NCBI RefSeq assembly: GCF_036971445.1
Contig: NC_091470.1
Location: 63,488,001-63,552,000 of the forward strand
Direction of reading: 5' to 3'
From: Narcine bancroftii
Lineage: Eukaryota
Length of the DNA stretch: 64,000 nt
The number at the start of each line of letters is the position of its first letter. Within the stretch, counting starts at the first letter, position 1. Position numbers and translations under genes: made by a program. Shown one piece after another: positions 1-12,720 of this stretch. The notes below the pieces were generated by a model that ran no database searches, was not told the origin of the DNA, and worked only from the letters and a program-made list of their open reading frames with translations.

Positions 1-30
1 TCCGAATGACTTTAAGCACTGGGTGAGGTG

Positions 31-873
31 TTTGGTGCACCTCTGTCACGGTGGCCAGTGGAGAGCTCGCCATATAACACGATCTTGGGAAGGCGATGGT
101 CCTCCATTCTGGAGACGTGACCCATCCAGCGCAGCTGGATCTTCAGCAGCGTGGACTCGATGCTGTCGACCTCTGCCATCTCGAGTACTTCGACGTTAGG
201 GGTGTAAGCGCTCCAATGGATGTTGAGGATGGAGCGGAGACAACGCTGGTGGAAGCGTTCTAGGAGCCGTAGGTGGTGCCGGTAGAGGACCCATGATTCG
301 GAGCCGAACAGGAGTGTGGGTATGACAACGGCTCTGTATACGCTTATCTTTGTGAGGTTTTTCAGTTGGTTGTTTTTCCAGACTCTTTTGTGTAGTCTTC
401 CAAAGGCGCTATTTGCCTTGGCGAGTCTGTTGTCTATCTCTTTGTCGATCCTTGCATCTGATGAAATGGTGCAGCCGAGATAGGTAAACTGGTTGACCGT
501 TTTGAGTTTTGTGTGCCCGATGGAGATTCTCCATTAACAATGGCTGTGTTCTCGCACCAACCCTCTTTTCAATCTTCTTCAGCATGATGCTGAACCAAGC
601 CATGAAAGACCCCAACAATGAAGACGCTGTTTACATCCGGTACCGCACGGATGGCAGTCTCTTCAATCTGAGGCGTCTGCAAGCTCACACCAAGACACAA
701 GAGAAACTTGTCCGTGAACTACTCTTTGCAGATGATGCCGCTTTAGTTGCCCATTCAGAGCCAGCTCTTCAGTGCTTGACGTCCTGCTTTGCGGAAACTG
801 CCAAAATGTTTGGCCTGGAAGTCAGCCTGAAGAAAACTGAGGTCCTCCATCAGCCAGCTCCCCACCATGACTA
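31..873 (-). mobile_element. RTE-clade LINE copy A, 5'-inverted (31-527 minus, 527-873 plus), 3' end missing
   Basis: Both parts are near-identical to contiguous parts of copy D (36596-37730); LLFADD RT motif in the plus segment. Confidence 0.95.
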
Positions 874-1872
874 AACAGGGTTTATGCCTGGTACAAACTA
901 GCGACCAGGAGGCAACTGCCCAGTGAGTCCTGTAGAGCTTATCTCCAAGCACTAAGGGCACTGGGCAGAGCCTGTGCTTGCACAGACAGAACTGCTGCTG
1001 AGACCACCGACGATCTCATATGGGATGCTTATGTGGCTGTGGTCTGATCGAATGAGGAGAAACAGTGCCTACTAGAGCATGGGGGTGAAAACCTAGAGGA
1101 TGCGACCCGGATCGCAGAGACAATGGAGGCTGTGGTCTTAAGTATGGACGCTTACTCCCAAGGCTGGACCCAAAGCTATGAAGTGAGTAGGATGTCCTCC
1201 CTCAACCCTACTACCCCACGGCCTACCAACGGCCTGTCAGCTGCCACTACACTGGCTGATGCGGCACGAAAGTGCTACTTCTGTGGGAGGGACAAGCACA
1301 GCAGGTCCCAGTGTCCAGCGAGGAGAGCCAGATGCCAGAAGTGCCTTAAAAATTGCCACTTTGCTGTAGTCTGTCGCTCCAAAATGGCCACCATCAAACA
1401 CAGAGTGAGGCCCAAACGTCACCCTCCAATTCAAACATCTCTTTTCCAGAGCTCTCATCCAATGAGAGCGAGGGCTCCATCGCGCGCAGCGCCTGACATC
1501 ACGGGGCAGGCACCGAGTATGGAAGGTGCACTCACCCTCACCGCGATGACGTTGGCCTGCTTAGACCTCCCACAAGGAGCAACGACCGCTCAGGCCCCGG
1601 CCCCGACTTCAGCGACCGCTGCCACCAACCTGAGAACTGCTGCCACTGCTGACCAGGTACCCGCCGCCGCTGTCACTGCTACTGCCACCACTGACGCTGC
1701 CGACCTGGTACCCACCGCCACTACCGCCAATGACTGCCCGATTGACCGCCCCACCACCAATTGCAAGCAGCGAACCCCAGCACTTACCGTGGGCAGGCGA
1801 TGGCCCCAGCAGGCTGCAGGCAGCAGCCTTAGCTATTCAATGCTGACAGCTCCTGCCCGACTGCTTCTGTGA
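874..1872 (+). pseudogene. Gypsy gag with two zinc knuckles
   Basis: CYFCGRDKHSRSQC and CQKCLKNCHFAVVC in ORF 1123-1872; upstream part has an in-frame stop. Confidence 0.9.
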
Positions 1873-1949
1873 CGTCACCATGCACACGAAGTGCACTTCA
1901 GGACCGACGCTGTGTGTCGTCATCACACAAGACTTCACTGTTCCCAGCA

Positions 1950-4661
1950 CAGGTTGCTGCATCAGTGACCCTGGACCAGAACTGCCCCCATCCCCTCACA
2001 AAAGCAATAGAACTGATTAAAAATACCAATTACTTATTTGACTCAGGGTCAACCGATTTTTATCCATCCAGACCTGGCCGACCGTTGCCGATTGGTTATT
2101 CTCCCCGCTGACCAGAGGATTTCATTGGCGACTAGGTCACACTCGACTGCATGGTGACCTGAAAGTCCAGTGCATCACATTTACCGATTTTAAACTATTA
2201 GTTCTCCCCCAACTGTGCACACCTGTTTTGCTGGGACTGGATTTTCAGTGCCAGTTCTAAACTGTTTCTCTGAACTATGGGGGACCCCATGCCCCACTCT
2301 CTGTCTGTAACCACTCCACCCCAGATGCCTCCTGCCAGTAACAGCCCAAGCCACCATCCCCCATGCCCCGGCGCCCCACTTGTAGCCTCTCCACCCTCCG
2401 GGTCACTCCTCCAGCACTCTTCACAAACCTCATCCCTGGCTGGAAACCAGTGGCCACCAAAAGCCGGCAATATAATTATGAAGACAGGAAGTTCATCACA
2501 AGCGAGGTGCGCAGACTGCTGGATGAGGGCATTATTGAACCCAGCTCAAGTCCCTTAAGGGCGCAAGTGGTGGTTGTTAAAAATGGGGAGAAGCCATGGA
2601 TTGTGGTTGACTACAGCCAGAGAGTCAACCGCTTCACGCTTCTGGATGTGTATCCCCTCCCATGGATCATGGATGTTGTGAATCAGATCGCCCAATACTG
2701 TGTGTTCTCCACCACTGACTTACGTTCACCAGCTCCTTGTCACGGCCTTCGAAGCGAACGGGTGGCTGTATCAATTCCTCAAGGTACCCTTTGGGGTCAT
2801 GAATGGTGAAGCGGTTTTCCTGCAGGAAATGAACCGGATGGTAGACCAGAATGGGCTAACAGCTACTTTCCTGTATCTGGACAACATCACCATCTGCGGC
2901 CATGACACACAGGATCATGATGCCAACCTCGAGAATTTTTTTTCAGTCTGCGATTCGACTGAACTTAACCTACAATTTCAACAAGTGTGTCTTCCGGACC
3001 ACTCGGCTCGCAATCCTAGGTTGCGTGGTGGAGAATGGGGTGGTAATGCCAGACCCTGACCGCATGCATCCTCTCATGGACTTGCCACCTCCCTACACCC
3101 AAAAGGCACTCAGATGCTGCCTGAGTTTCTTTTCATACTACACCCAATGGGTTCCACACCATGCCAACAAGGCATGGCCACTTATCAAGACCACCTCCTT
3201 CCGCCTGTCAACCAAAGCCAGAGTGGCCTTTGACCGCATCAAATTGGACATCACCGCTGCAATGCTGCACGCCATCAACGAGTCCATTCTGATCCAAGTA
3301 GAGAGTGATGCATCCGAATTTGCACTGGTGGCCACTTTGAACCAGGCCAGCCGGCTGGTAGCCTTCTTCTCCAGGACCTTCCAGGGCCCTGAGAGCCAAC
3401 ACTCCTCTGTCAAGAAGGGGGACCAGGCCATAGTCGAAGCAGTACATTGTTGGAGGCAATACCTCACTGGCAGGCGCTTTACACTGCTGACCGACCAACA
3501 CGTGGTCTCGTTCATGTTTAGCAGCACCCAGTGAGGTAAGATCAAAAACGACAAGATCGCTGGGTGGAGAATCGAACTCTCCACCTTCAATTACGACATA
3601 CTGTACTGGCCTGGTAAGTTCAATGACCCACCAGACACACTCTCCAGGAGAACTTGCACCAACATACAACTGGACAAGCTGCAGAGACTCCACGAGGAGC
3701 TCTGTCATCCAGGGGTCACCAGGTTCGAGCACCTTGTTAAGGTTCGCAACCTGCCCTACACGGTCAAGGAGATTCGTTCCATGACCCGAGCCTGCCCGGT
3801 GTGCGCTGAGTGCAAGCTCCACTTCTTCCATATGGAGAACACCCACATCATCAAAGCCACCCGGCCATTTGAACGTCTAAGCGTGGACTTCAAGGGGCCC
3901 CTACTGTTGACCAACCGTAACACCTACATTCTTACAGTGATCGATGAGTATTCTCGCTTCCCGTTCGCTGTCCCCTGCTTGGACATGACTGCCTCCTCAG
4001 TCATAGAGGCCTTGCACAGCATCTTCGCCATCTTCGGGTACCCCAGTTACATCCACAGTGACCAGGGGTCCTCGTTTATTAGTGCTGAGCTGCGGCAGTA
4101 CCTTCTGGAGTGTGGTATTGCTTCGAGCATGACCACCAGCTATAATCCACGTGGTAATGGGAAGGTCGAAAGAGAGAATGCCACCATCTGGAAAGCGGTT
4201 ATGCTTTCCCTCCAGTCCAAAGGCCTCCCCACCACGACGTGCTCACTAGCACCCAACACTCCATCCGCTCCCTGCTATGCACCACGACGAATGAAAGGAT
4301 GTTCTCTTTCCCGAGGAAATCTAAATCGGGAACAACCATGCTGGCGTGGCTTACGGTTCCCGGACCTGTCCTCCTGCGATGCCATGTCCAGTACTCAAAG
4401 AATGACCCTTTGGTTGACCAAGTGACGCTACTCCATGCAAACCCGCATTATGCATACATTGAGTACCCGGACGGGCGGGAGGACACAGTCTCGGTAAGGG
4501 ACCTAGCCCAAGTCGCATCGGAGCCAGCATTGCTCCCAACCCAACCTCCTCCAAATCTTTTTCCCCTAGGTCATGTGCTTGAACAGAGGGATCAGCACCA
4601 CCCCACCAACTCAGACCAACACTGTTGGGGAATTGAGCGAGGCAATGGCCGCACCCAATGA
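1950..4661 (+). pseudogene. Gypsy pol (protease, RT, RNase H, integrase), frameshifted
   Basis: LFDSGST protease; VVDYSQRVNRFT and YLDN (RT); ESDASEF (RNase H); HPG..CPVC zinc finger with VDFKG, HSDQG and VEREN (DDE integrase), spread over several frames. Confidence 0.95.
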
Positions 4662-4833
4662 TCCCGCCAGTGACACAACTCCAGCAGCCCCAATCCCAGC
4701 ACCACAGCGGTCGTGCTGGATGATCAGGGCCCTGACCATTACAGCCCCTAACCTCCCACCAGTCTCTTCCCCCTCCCATTTTTTTTACAGCCCCTCCATT
4801 CACCCCGGGGTCAGTTCTCAAAGAAGGGGTGAA

Positions 4834-5047
4834 TGTGATAGTACGGATTCTATCACCAATGTGTATATGTATATATTGTAGTATAGGATGGTTGTGATTG
4901 GCTGAGAGCAGACCTTAAAGGGTTGCTCTTAGCCAGTCCCAGATCATTCTGGACTGTTCGACCTACATGTGATACACTCCAGTCTTCTAGTTAAAAAAAG
5001 CCTTGATTTGAATCAACAAGCCTTTGATTCTTTCGACGTGCACTACA
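4834..5047 (+). repeat. Gypsy 3' LTR
   Basis: TGT...ACA termini immediately after polypurine tract aagaaggggtgaa (4821-4833). Confidence 0.88.
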
Positions 5048-5299
5048 TAGGCCTTCTCTTTAAAAAGGTAAATTCACCTTTTTTAACAGTGAGCCGGCTT
5101 TAATGTGGTGTTGCACCATAAAAAGGCCAAAAGACTATTCTGCAGATGGGCCAGGCAGTGCTAATGGGGTAGTTCTGAGTTATCCGCTTCTTCCCAAGCT
5201 TGCACAGGGCTTCTGTTTGCTCTGAGTGTATAGCTCCAATACAATCCCAAAGGCTCCCTCTCTACTTTAAGCAACCAAGACTTGAAGGAGGCTTGCATC

Positions 5300-6400
5300 C
5301 CTCCAGCAAACTCTTCTTTCCTGCTCTTTCCCTCTCTGCCTTCTGCAGGCACTGCTCCATTCATGACTCCCTTGTCCACTCCTCCCTTCCAACAAGTTGT
5401 CCCTTTGGTACTTACACCTGTGACCGCAAGAAATGCTAGACTTGCACCCTCACCACCATTCGGGGCCCCAAACACTTCACTTGTGAATCTGGGGCTCCTG
5501 TTGTGGTCCCTCTACATGGGAGAAATTGGATGCAGACCGGGAAATCGCTTCATTAAGCACCTCAGCTCTGTTCACTGTAATAGGTATCAATCTCCCAGTG
5601 GCCTGTCTCCTTCTGTACAGAGATAATAAATTTTACCTTGTCCCTTATCATATCCAATTAACATCTTTTGTTGGTCTGGATTCCTCCCCCATTGATTTAA
5701 TTTCTGAGACTTTCTGATGTATCCTGATTTTACCTGTTCTGATTTTTTTCCTTGAAGGGCTCAGGCCCGAAACGGTGTCAAAAAATGTTTGTCTCCTATA
5801 GATGTTGAAAAGACCATCTGAATTCCTCTTTCATTTTGATGTGTTTGCTACAATCACAGTGTCTGCAGGCTATCGTGTTTTATTTTCCAGAGGCCATCCA
5901 TTTCAAGTTTCCACCCCATTCCGATGCTGACATGTCTGACCATGGTCAAATACACTGGCAGAATGAGATGACCCGAAGGACTCCACATTCTGTCTGGGAA
6001 CCCTCCAATCAGAGGGCATTAACATTGACTTCTACGGTTTCTGTTTGCCACTCCTCCAACCCCCTCTCCATGTGTCCTTTACTGTAGCTCAGTATTTCTC
6101 TCTTTTCCCTTTCCCTCTCTCTCCTTTACTCCAGCTCTGCATTCACAGAGCCAAAACAACCCTCTCCTCCCATCCATTCTCACCTTTCCTCTCTTCTGGC
6201 CTCTTCTCCATTATTATCTCTAATTATCATCTTTTGTCTGTTGGTCTGTACTGCCCCCCCACCAATTTCTTTTATCCATGCACTTTCTGTTTCTTCCCAT
6301 ATCTTGAGCATAGACCCAGGTCTAAAATATCACTAATATATCTTTACATCCTATGGATGCTGCGAGACCTGTTGAGTTCTTACAGCCTTTCTGTGTTTTT
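5300..6400 (+). mobile_element. Penelope-like element, GIY-YIG region and 3' tail, decayed
   Basis: SAFCRHCSIHDSLVHSSLP..GTYTCDRKKC and LYMGEIGCRPGNRFIKHL; homologous to 15540-16400. Confidence 0.85.
5604..5886 (+). mobile_element. Penelope 3'-tail fragment nested in the Penelope element
   Basis: Interrupts the PVA/IHF coding; flanked by ccagtggcc (5595-5603) and ccagaggcc (5887-5895). Confidence 0.75.
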
Positions 6401-7769
6401 AGTGCATCATTTCCTCTGTCAATTGGTCACGTCTTGCCATTGCAAAGCTTGAAATAGACTGGCTGTTTCCAGAGCTGGGTGTAAGAATTGAAATGTCTGC
6501 CCAATGTAATTCTAACTATTGGAAGGCTGGGACGAGACCTTAAAAAGGTTTTCCGTATCCAGTGCATTGAACCAGTTTTTTTTTGTTATGACGTGGGGTA
6601 GATTAAATCGGTTGATGTTTGGCTCTGAGCTGGAGTACAAATGGCGCTTCTGATTGAAGTTTGTTACAATGGCCAATCGGAAGTTTGCAGTCAAATGCTG
6701 GAGTCTGATATCATTGAAGATCTGGATATTTGAGGGGCATCTCACTCCAATAAATTGTACAATTATCCACAGCTTCTTATAACAGGATGTGACAGGCAAG
6801 CAGAATTTTGCCCTGATCCATGAATTGTAGAATTGATTAGGTGCTGTTTCTGCCCATAAACCTGCAAGTGGTCCTGAGGTTGTGGATAAAGTTGACGCCT
6901 CATGTTCCAGTAAAATGTCCAGTGCCGTAACATTTCATTGCGGCATTCCTGTAAGTGAGTGTATCCAAATTTCAGGACATATTTGGCTGCAATCGTAATT
7001 GTACAAGCCCTTTGCTACAAAGCATTGGATGGTTCTAGCACAGATGGCTATATGGCCTTCCTACTGTTATCCAGATTTTCAGAAGACATCGCCTGAAATG
7101 GTGGAAGATTTTGTTCAATAATATTGAAAGGCAATGTTAGCTCCTGACTGGAGTGACATGCCTTCCTTCATAAATATATTTCTGGAGCATGAGAATTCAT
7201 GTTAGCTGGGTATAGAGTCCTGCTGCCTCCCCTAGGAGCTAGTTGATGCTGCTCGCTTTAAGAACAACTGAAAGGAAGGCAATACCTGCTAGAGTGAAGC
7301 ATGTTACCAACATCTGGACCCTGAAGGGGGAACTACACAAGGAGGGCGCCAAGTATTTCCTGGGTGGTCTAATGCCTAACACACTTCTAGAGTTCCATTT
7401 TATAATCCTTGCAGCACAGCATATTACTAGTAGCCAACGTCTTGGTGTCAGTAACAGAAGTCTAGGGTAAAAAACATAATTATAATTACAGAGCAAGACT
7501 ACCTGAAATAATGAAAATAAAACAGCCACAGCTACTTTTAAAAGACATGAAACAATTTCTTGAATATCTGTCAGCCTTTTAAGTACATAGCAGTCTAAGA
7601 CCTTCACTTGACAGGTTTCCATGGAGTTATTAGCAATGGCAAACACGCCTACAAAATGAGGTGAGGTGACAAGACTGGTCATTAAAAGGTGTGATGATAA
7701 CTGTGCCTTTATGATTAAATGTGGCAGTACTCGTGCCCTTGCCCACTATATAATTTCAGCAGTCAGAGG

Positions 7770-7946
7770 TGTTCTGACAATAACCACACCAGCAGTGCGA
7801 GTATAAGACCGCTTTATGTACACTAAGAGGTCTTGTCTCTCTGCAAGATTAACCTGGAAGGCTAGACTGTAGCTCTGGACTGCTTTATAGACAAGGTCAC
7901 TGGGAGGACCCCTGGTGACCTAGTGGGGTAATTACATATCACCACA
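7770..7946. repeat. Solo LTR (177 bp)
   Basis: TGT...ACA ends; perfect 5-bp TSD AGAGG (7765-7769 and 7947-7951). Confidence 0.75.
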
Positions 7947-9324
7947 AGAGGTTTACTGTCTGGCTTGTCAGCATATTGTCACACCACCACCCTCTGTTTT
8001 CTGCATGGTTCTCTCCGTGCCTGCCCAAAGATTGCAGGATGACGTACTGAGATTGCAATTTGAGCAGGGAAAGGCACTCTTCTTCAAAAGCACCGATTGG
8101 GCTATGCTCATCACAGTTGCTTTGACAACCACTGCTGTAAACGCTATGGTTTAATTCTGGTTGGAGCAGATGGCACGTTCTCAGTGAAGGACCAATGACT
8201 GGTGCTGCAGTTTAGAAGGGGAGTTGTCTCCTGAATACTCTGGACAGATATTTTGATCCTTTTCCTCCTTTCTCTTCCTACAGCTTTTCTTGGTCCGGGT
8301 TTCCTCTGCTTCCAACACTTCTGGTTGTTCTGAACGAAGGCTTTTTGCAGCACCCCTCTCAGGACTGTTACTGCCCATCTTCAGATACAGAAGAATTCGA
8401 GAAAGTTAATTTATTGTCATGTGAACAGTGTCAACTCCTATAGCAGGTAGTAACAATAATAACAAGTAATTAAGAGACCATGCAGGGTTTAAAGAAAAGG
8501 AGTAAAACATAGAAAACATAGGGTATGGAGAAAAGGGCAGTTTAGAAAAACAGTGCAAGGGCATCATCTGTTGGCAGCATGAGATCCATTTAGAAGTTTG
8601 ATAATCGCAGGAATCTGCAGGTTCGTGTTTTCAAGCACATTTCAACTCTACTCGACACTAGGGGGGGAGAAGAGAGGATGGCCAGGGTGCTTTCCAAAGG
8701 CGGCAGTAGAGGGAGCAATTGAGAAATCCAAATTGGCAAATGGAAGACTTTTGATTGTATTTATTCTACAAGTGGGGCAGGAGGTGTGGCAGTTGAATGG
8801 GTAGTTCTGTAGTGCCCTGAACATTGGGAGGGAAGTAAAATGGGATGTTATCTTTTTAGCACCTAACATTAGTTGATCCAAGACAATTCCAGAATTCCAT
8901 GGAAGTATTTAGCTGCAGTGTCAGATCTGCTGCTCCCACTGCAAGATGTCTACACGCAGCAATTGCATTTAAAAATTGGCAGGAGTGCTCTTTGCTGATC
9001 CCCGACATTGTTTTTCTCCCATCTTGTGAATTTAATTAAATTACTGTGCAGTCGTACATTTCTGCTATAAATATCTTAATGATCTCATAAACTTTCTGAA
9101 ATTCCACACCCTTCCTTTGACGCTGCAGGCTTTTACTGTTTTAACTCCGCTGAGGTGTTACACTCTCTGTAACTCCACAAAGCTCAATGGTGATGTGACA
9201 CAGTTGCTCAGTTCTAACAAAATGAAAAAAAAAACATAACTTTGAATTTCTAATCATATCACCTTTATCTTTCAGAATACCCCAATGAAGAGAAGCAGCA
9301 ATGAAAATGAAAATGCTGATGCAA

Positions 9325-10030
9325 GTGGGGAGATATCTGGGGCCTTGATGAAGATATTTGTGGCTATTGGTAAAGTTGGTGTTGTTATTTGTGCAAGAAG
9401 AGATATAGGGATAAGCCTGAAACTTATAGGTTAGTGAGCCTCACATTAGTGGTAGGGAAACTAGAGAAGGATTATTTAAGTTTTTTTATCACTTTAGAGA
9501 GTGATACAAAGCAGAAAAACAAGGGTACAGTACAGTGCTCTGAGTTACAATAAAAGTAGATCAATTAGTATAAAACAAGAGTAGCATGAGAACATTGTTG
9601 TGGGGTTCATGAAGAAGCCTGACTCCTGTGGGGAAGAAACTGTCTTTAAGCTTGCTGGTGTATTATTTCACACTTTTGAGCCTTATTGCCAATGGATGAA
9701 TAGAAAAGAGATTATGTTAGGGATGGCATGGGCCCTTCATTGTGCTGAATGATTTTTCTAGGCATCAGGAGGTGACGATGGAGTCGATGGAAGGAAGGTA
9801 AGTTTTGAAAGGCACAGATATATTAGAGACAGTCAGCATGGATTTGTACATGGTAGGTCATGTCTTACAAATTTGACTGAGTTTTTTGATGAGGTGACAA
9901 ATGTGGTTGATGGGAGTAGGGCAATGGATATCGACTACATGAACTTTAGTTAGGCATTTCAAAAGGTTCCCCTTTGTGGGCTGAACCAGAAGGTACAATT
10001 GAGAGTTTCAATTCAGAATTGGCAGGTTCC
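9325..10030 (+). mobile_element. CR1 RT fragment split by a minus-strand Rex1-like tail (~9480-9810)
   Basis: YRLVSLTLVVGKL before and QHGFVHGRSCLTNLTEFF after the insertion. Confidence 0.7.
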
Positions 10031-10075
10031 TGGAAGACAAAGATAGAGAGTGCTGGAAATTTGGAACAAAAAGAT

Positions 10076-10186
10076 AAAATGCTGGAAACACTCAGCAGAT
10101 GAAGCAGCATTCGAATGGAGACACACTGAGAGCTTTTTCCATAGATGCTGGCTGATCTATTGAATGTTTCCAGTATTTTCTGTTTC
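10076..10186. repeat. Inverted pair of Penelope-type tails
   Basis: aaaatgctggaaacactcagcagat..gcagcat is the imperfect reverse complement of gatgctggctgatctattgaatgtttccagtatttt. Confidence 0.65.
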
Positions 10187-11494
10187 GATGTTGAGCATTT
10201 AGAGACAATAACTGAGGACCATTTTACAGGCATTTTTTTTTATAAATGCATTAACCGTGTGGCCTCCTGGACCAGCATTAATGGATGGAGAAGGTAGATT
10301 TCTGCGGGGTTCCTTTCTGATACAGTGTGTGATTCAACATGGATGACAAATCATGTTTATGGTGCTTTTGTGCAGCATGCGTGTTAGCCAATATTTTTCT
10401 TCCTGTTGATCCTGTACATTTGTAATTGAAATTTGTCTGCTTCTATTTACATATCTATCATCACATAAATTAAATGTTTCTCAATTTGATTCAGGATTTA
10501 TATGCAGACTATGTGCTTTGCTTTCAGAAGGAAGCAATAATTAACACAGGCAAGGCTAAAAAAAAATTACCAGGAGGTTGTTAACCAACATAAGGATACA
10601 AGCTAATTATGGCAGACCAGGTTGATGCAAGACTAATGAAAGGAGTCATCTTTGGCACCTTATTAAGTGAATAACAACATGATTGGTTGATTGGTTTGGA
10701 CAGCAAACACAAGTCTTTGCATATGTGTTCCATTAATGTCACTTTACATAGAGAGATAAATTGCATTGATGTGAAGAGGTTGTTTCATTCCTTTAATCTG
10801 AGAATGGAGAGATATAAACCACAATTTGTTAAAAAGGCTGAGGATTCCACATTAGCAATAGCTCAAGCAGTCATTCTCATTCAACATCTATTTGCTTTAT
10901 CCAACAAAATGTTACATTTCTCAATGTTACAGGCAATATGGTCCTTAAAATTAACTACAAGAGGTAGTTAAAATTATTATACAATTTTTTAAAATTGTGA
11001 TTTAACCAAACATGGAAGGCATGGAAATTCAGCCTATGTGTTAAATGAACAGATCTTTGAAAGTTCTTGTGATTATTATTGCTATGTTTCCAAAGCCTGG
11101 AAGTCTCATCACCCTACAGAAAGCATAGAATATTACAGCACAATACAGGCCCTTCAGCCCATGATATTGTGCTGACCTATGCAAACCTACTCCACAACAA
11201 TCTATTCCTTCCCTACCTCACCCCCATAACCCTCTATGTTTCAGAGTGTGCTAAAAATGTGAAATATTCATTACATTCTGACAATGCCTATATCAAGAAT
11301 ATTTAATAAGCATAACATTTTCAATTATGATGAAAAATCAACAGGAAATGCATCAGGAATATATTTTGACAACCTATTCATATTCCACTTGTTAGTAAGC
11401 TGAGAAATCTGCTTCTGACAGAATTATTGCAAAAAATGTTGGGAGATATGTTAACCAAATAAAATGAAAGAAAAACCAGTTAGGACAAACATTG

Positions 11495-12030
11495 AACATA
11501 GAATTGTTCAGGGAGGAAAATTTATCCCATAGCTTCAGACCAAACTATAATGCCCAAATTAAACTAAAATCCTCCTGCTTATGATACAAATCCCTCAATT
11601 CTCTGCATATTCATGTGTCTATCAAGCATCTGATTTCACTACTGACACCAGCAGAGAGTTCAGGGGACCTTCCACTATGTGGAATAAAACTTGCCCTGCA
11701 TATCCCCCCTAATCATTTCCCCCCTCACTTTAAACTCGTCCTCAACTATGTTACATTTATTGTATCTGTGATAAAGACTCTGTCTATTCTATCAATGCCT
11801 GTCACAATTTTCAAAATCTTCCTCTCCCCTCAGCCTCCAAGCTCCAGCGACAACAACCCAAGTGGGCCCAACCTCTCCCCTTTGCACATATCCTCTAATC
11901 CTGAAAGCATGCTAGTAAAACTCTTCTGTTCCTTTTCCAAAGCCTCCACATCTTTTATGTAATGGGGAACCAGAATTGCTAAAAATACCCTAAGTACAAC
12001 TTAACCAAAGTTTTATATAGCAGCAACACA
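11495..12030 (-). mobile_element. CR1 3' fragment
   Basis: Reverse complement resembles the CR1 3' end (FWFPITxKDVEALE-like, ctatgttc tail); homologous to 20000-20545. Confidence 0.7.
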
Positions 12031-12114
12031 ACCTTATAGCCAATGGCCCAAGCAAGATTTTACATTTTCTGAAGGAAATCTGAACTCCTCTCACGAATTT
12101 AAATAATTTTCTCT

Positions 12115-12243
12115 NNNNNNNNNNNNNNNNNNNNNNNNNNNNNNNNNNNNNNNNNNNNNNNNNNNNNNNNNNNNNNNNNNNNNNNNNNNNNNNNNNNNNN
12201 NNNNNNNNNNNNNNNNNNNNNNNNNNNNNNNNNNNNNNNNNNN
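12115..12243. other. N run (gap or masked sequence)
   Basis: 129 N. Confidence 1.
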
Positions 12244-12504
12244 CACGCGCGCCTGTATTTATGACTGCATCTGTGCCTGTATCTGCATGTGTGTCTATGG
12301 AGGCTGTTCTTGTTGGCGGCTGCTGCAGTAGGCGGTTGAGAATTTGAATGATGTAATGAGGTTCTCATTTACTACCATTTTAAATTTAGCCATTACCAGC
12401 TGAATTGTCTGGGCCTTTTGAAGCCCCAAGTGTAAATGTGTGGTGGTTCCAGAGTTTGCTTTTCCAATTTACTTGTTTCATCAAGGTTTCACAATTAATT
12501 TTAA

Positions 12505-12720
12505 GGATGGTGCACTAATTCAGCAACTGGCTTGCAGCACCGGAGAGCTGGGTTCAATTTTGACTCTTGTGGAATTGGCACATTTTCCCTGTGACCACAT
12601 GGATTTCCTCCAGGTCCTCTGGTTTTCTCCCATATCTCAATATGTGCACATTTTAGAAGGTTAGTTGGCTATTTTACATCACCCCTCATATATAGGTGTG
12701 TATAGAATCTATGAGGTGTT
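12505..12720 (+). mobile_element. Degenerate tRNA-derived V-SINE
   Basis: B-box-like gggttcaatt followed by a V-domain-like ttttccctgtgaccacatggatttcctccagg. Confidence 0.6.

Larger units (their letters stand above)
1..5047 (+). mobile_element. Gypsy/Ty3 LTR retrotransposon, decayed; 5' end outside window; interrupted by an RTE copy at 31-873
   Basis: gag motif FKHWVRC at ~11-31 resumes as NRVYAWYKLATRRQ after 873; zinc knuckles; PR-RT-RH-IN order; PPT and 3' LTR. Confidence 0.95.

Noticed and set aside
1580-1760. Ala/Thr-rich mucin- or antifreeze-like segment
   Set aside because: Low-complexity linker between Gypsy gag and protease.
6400-7700. Unassigned sequence with short ORFs
   Set aside because: No motif, splice pattern or repeat structure that I can support.
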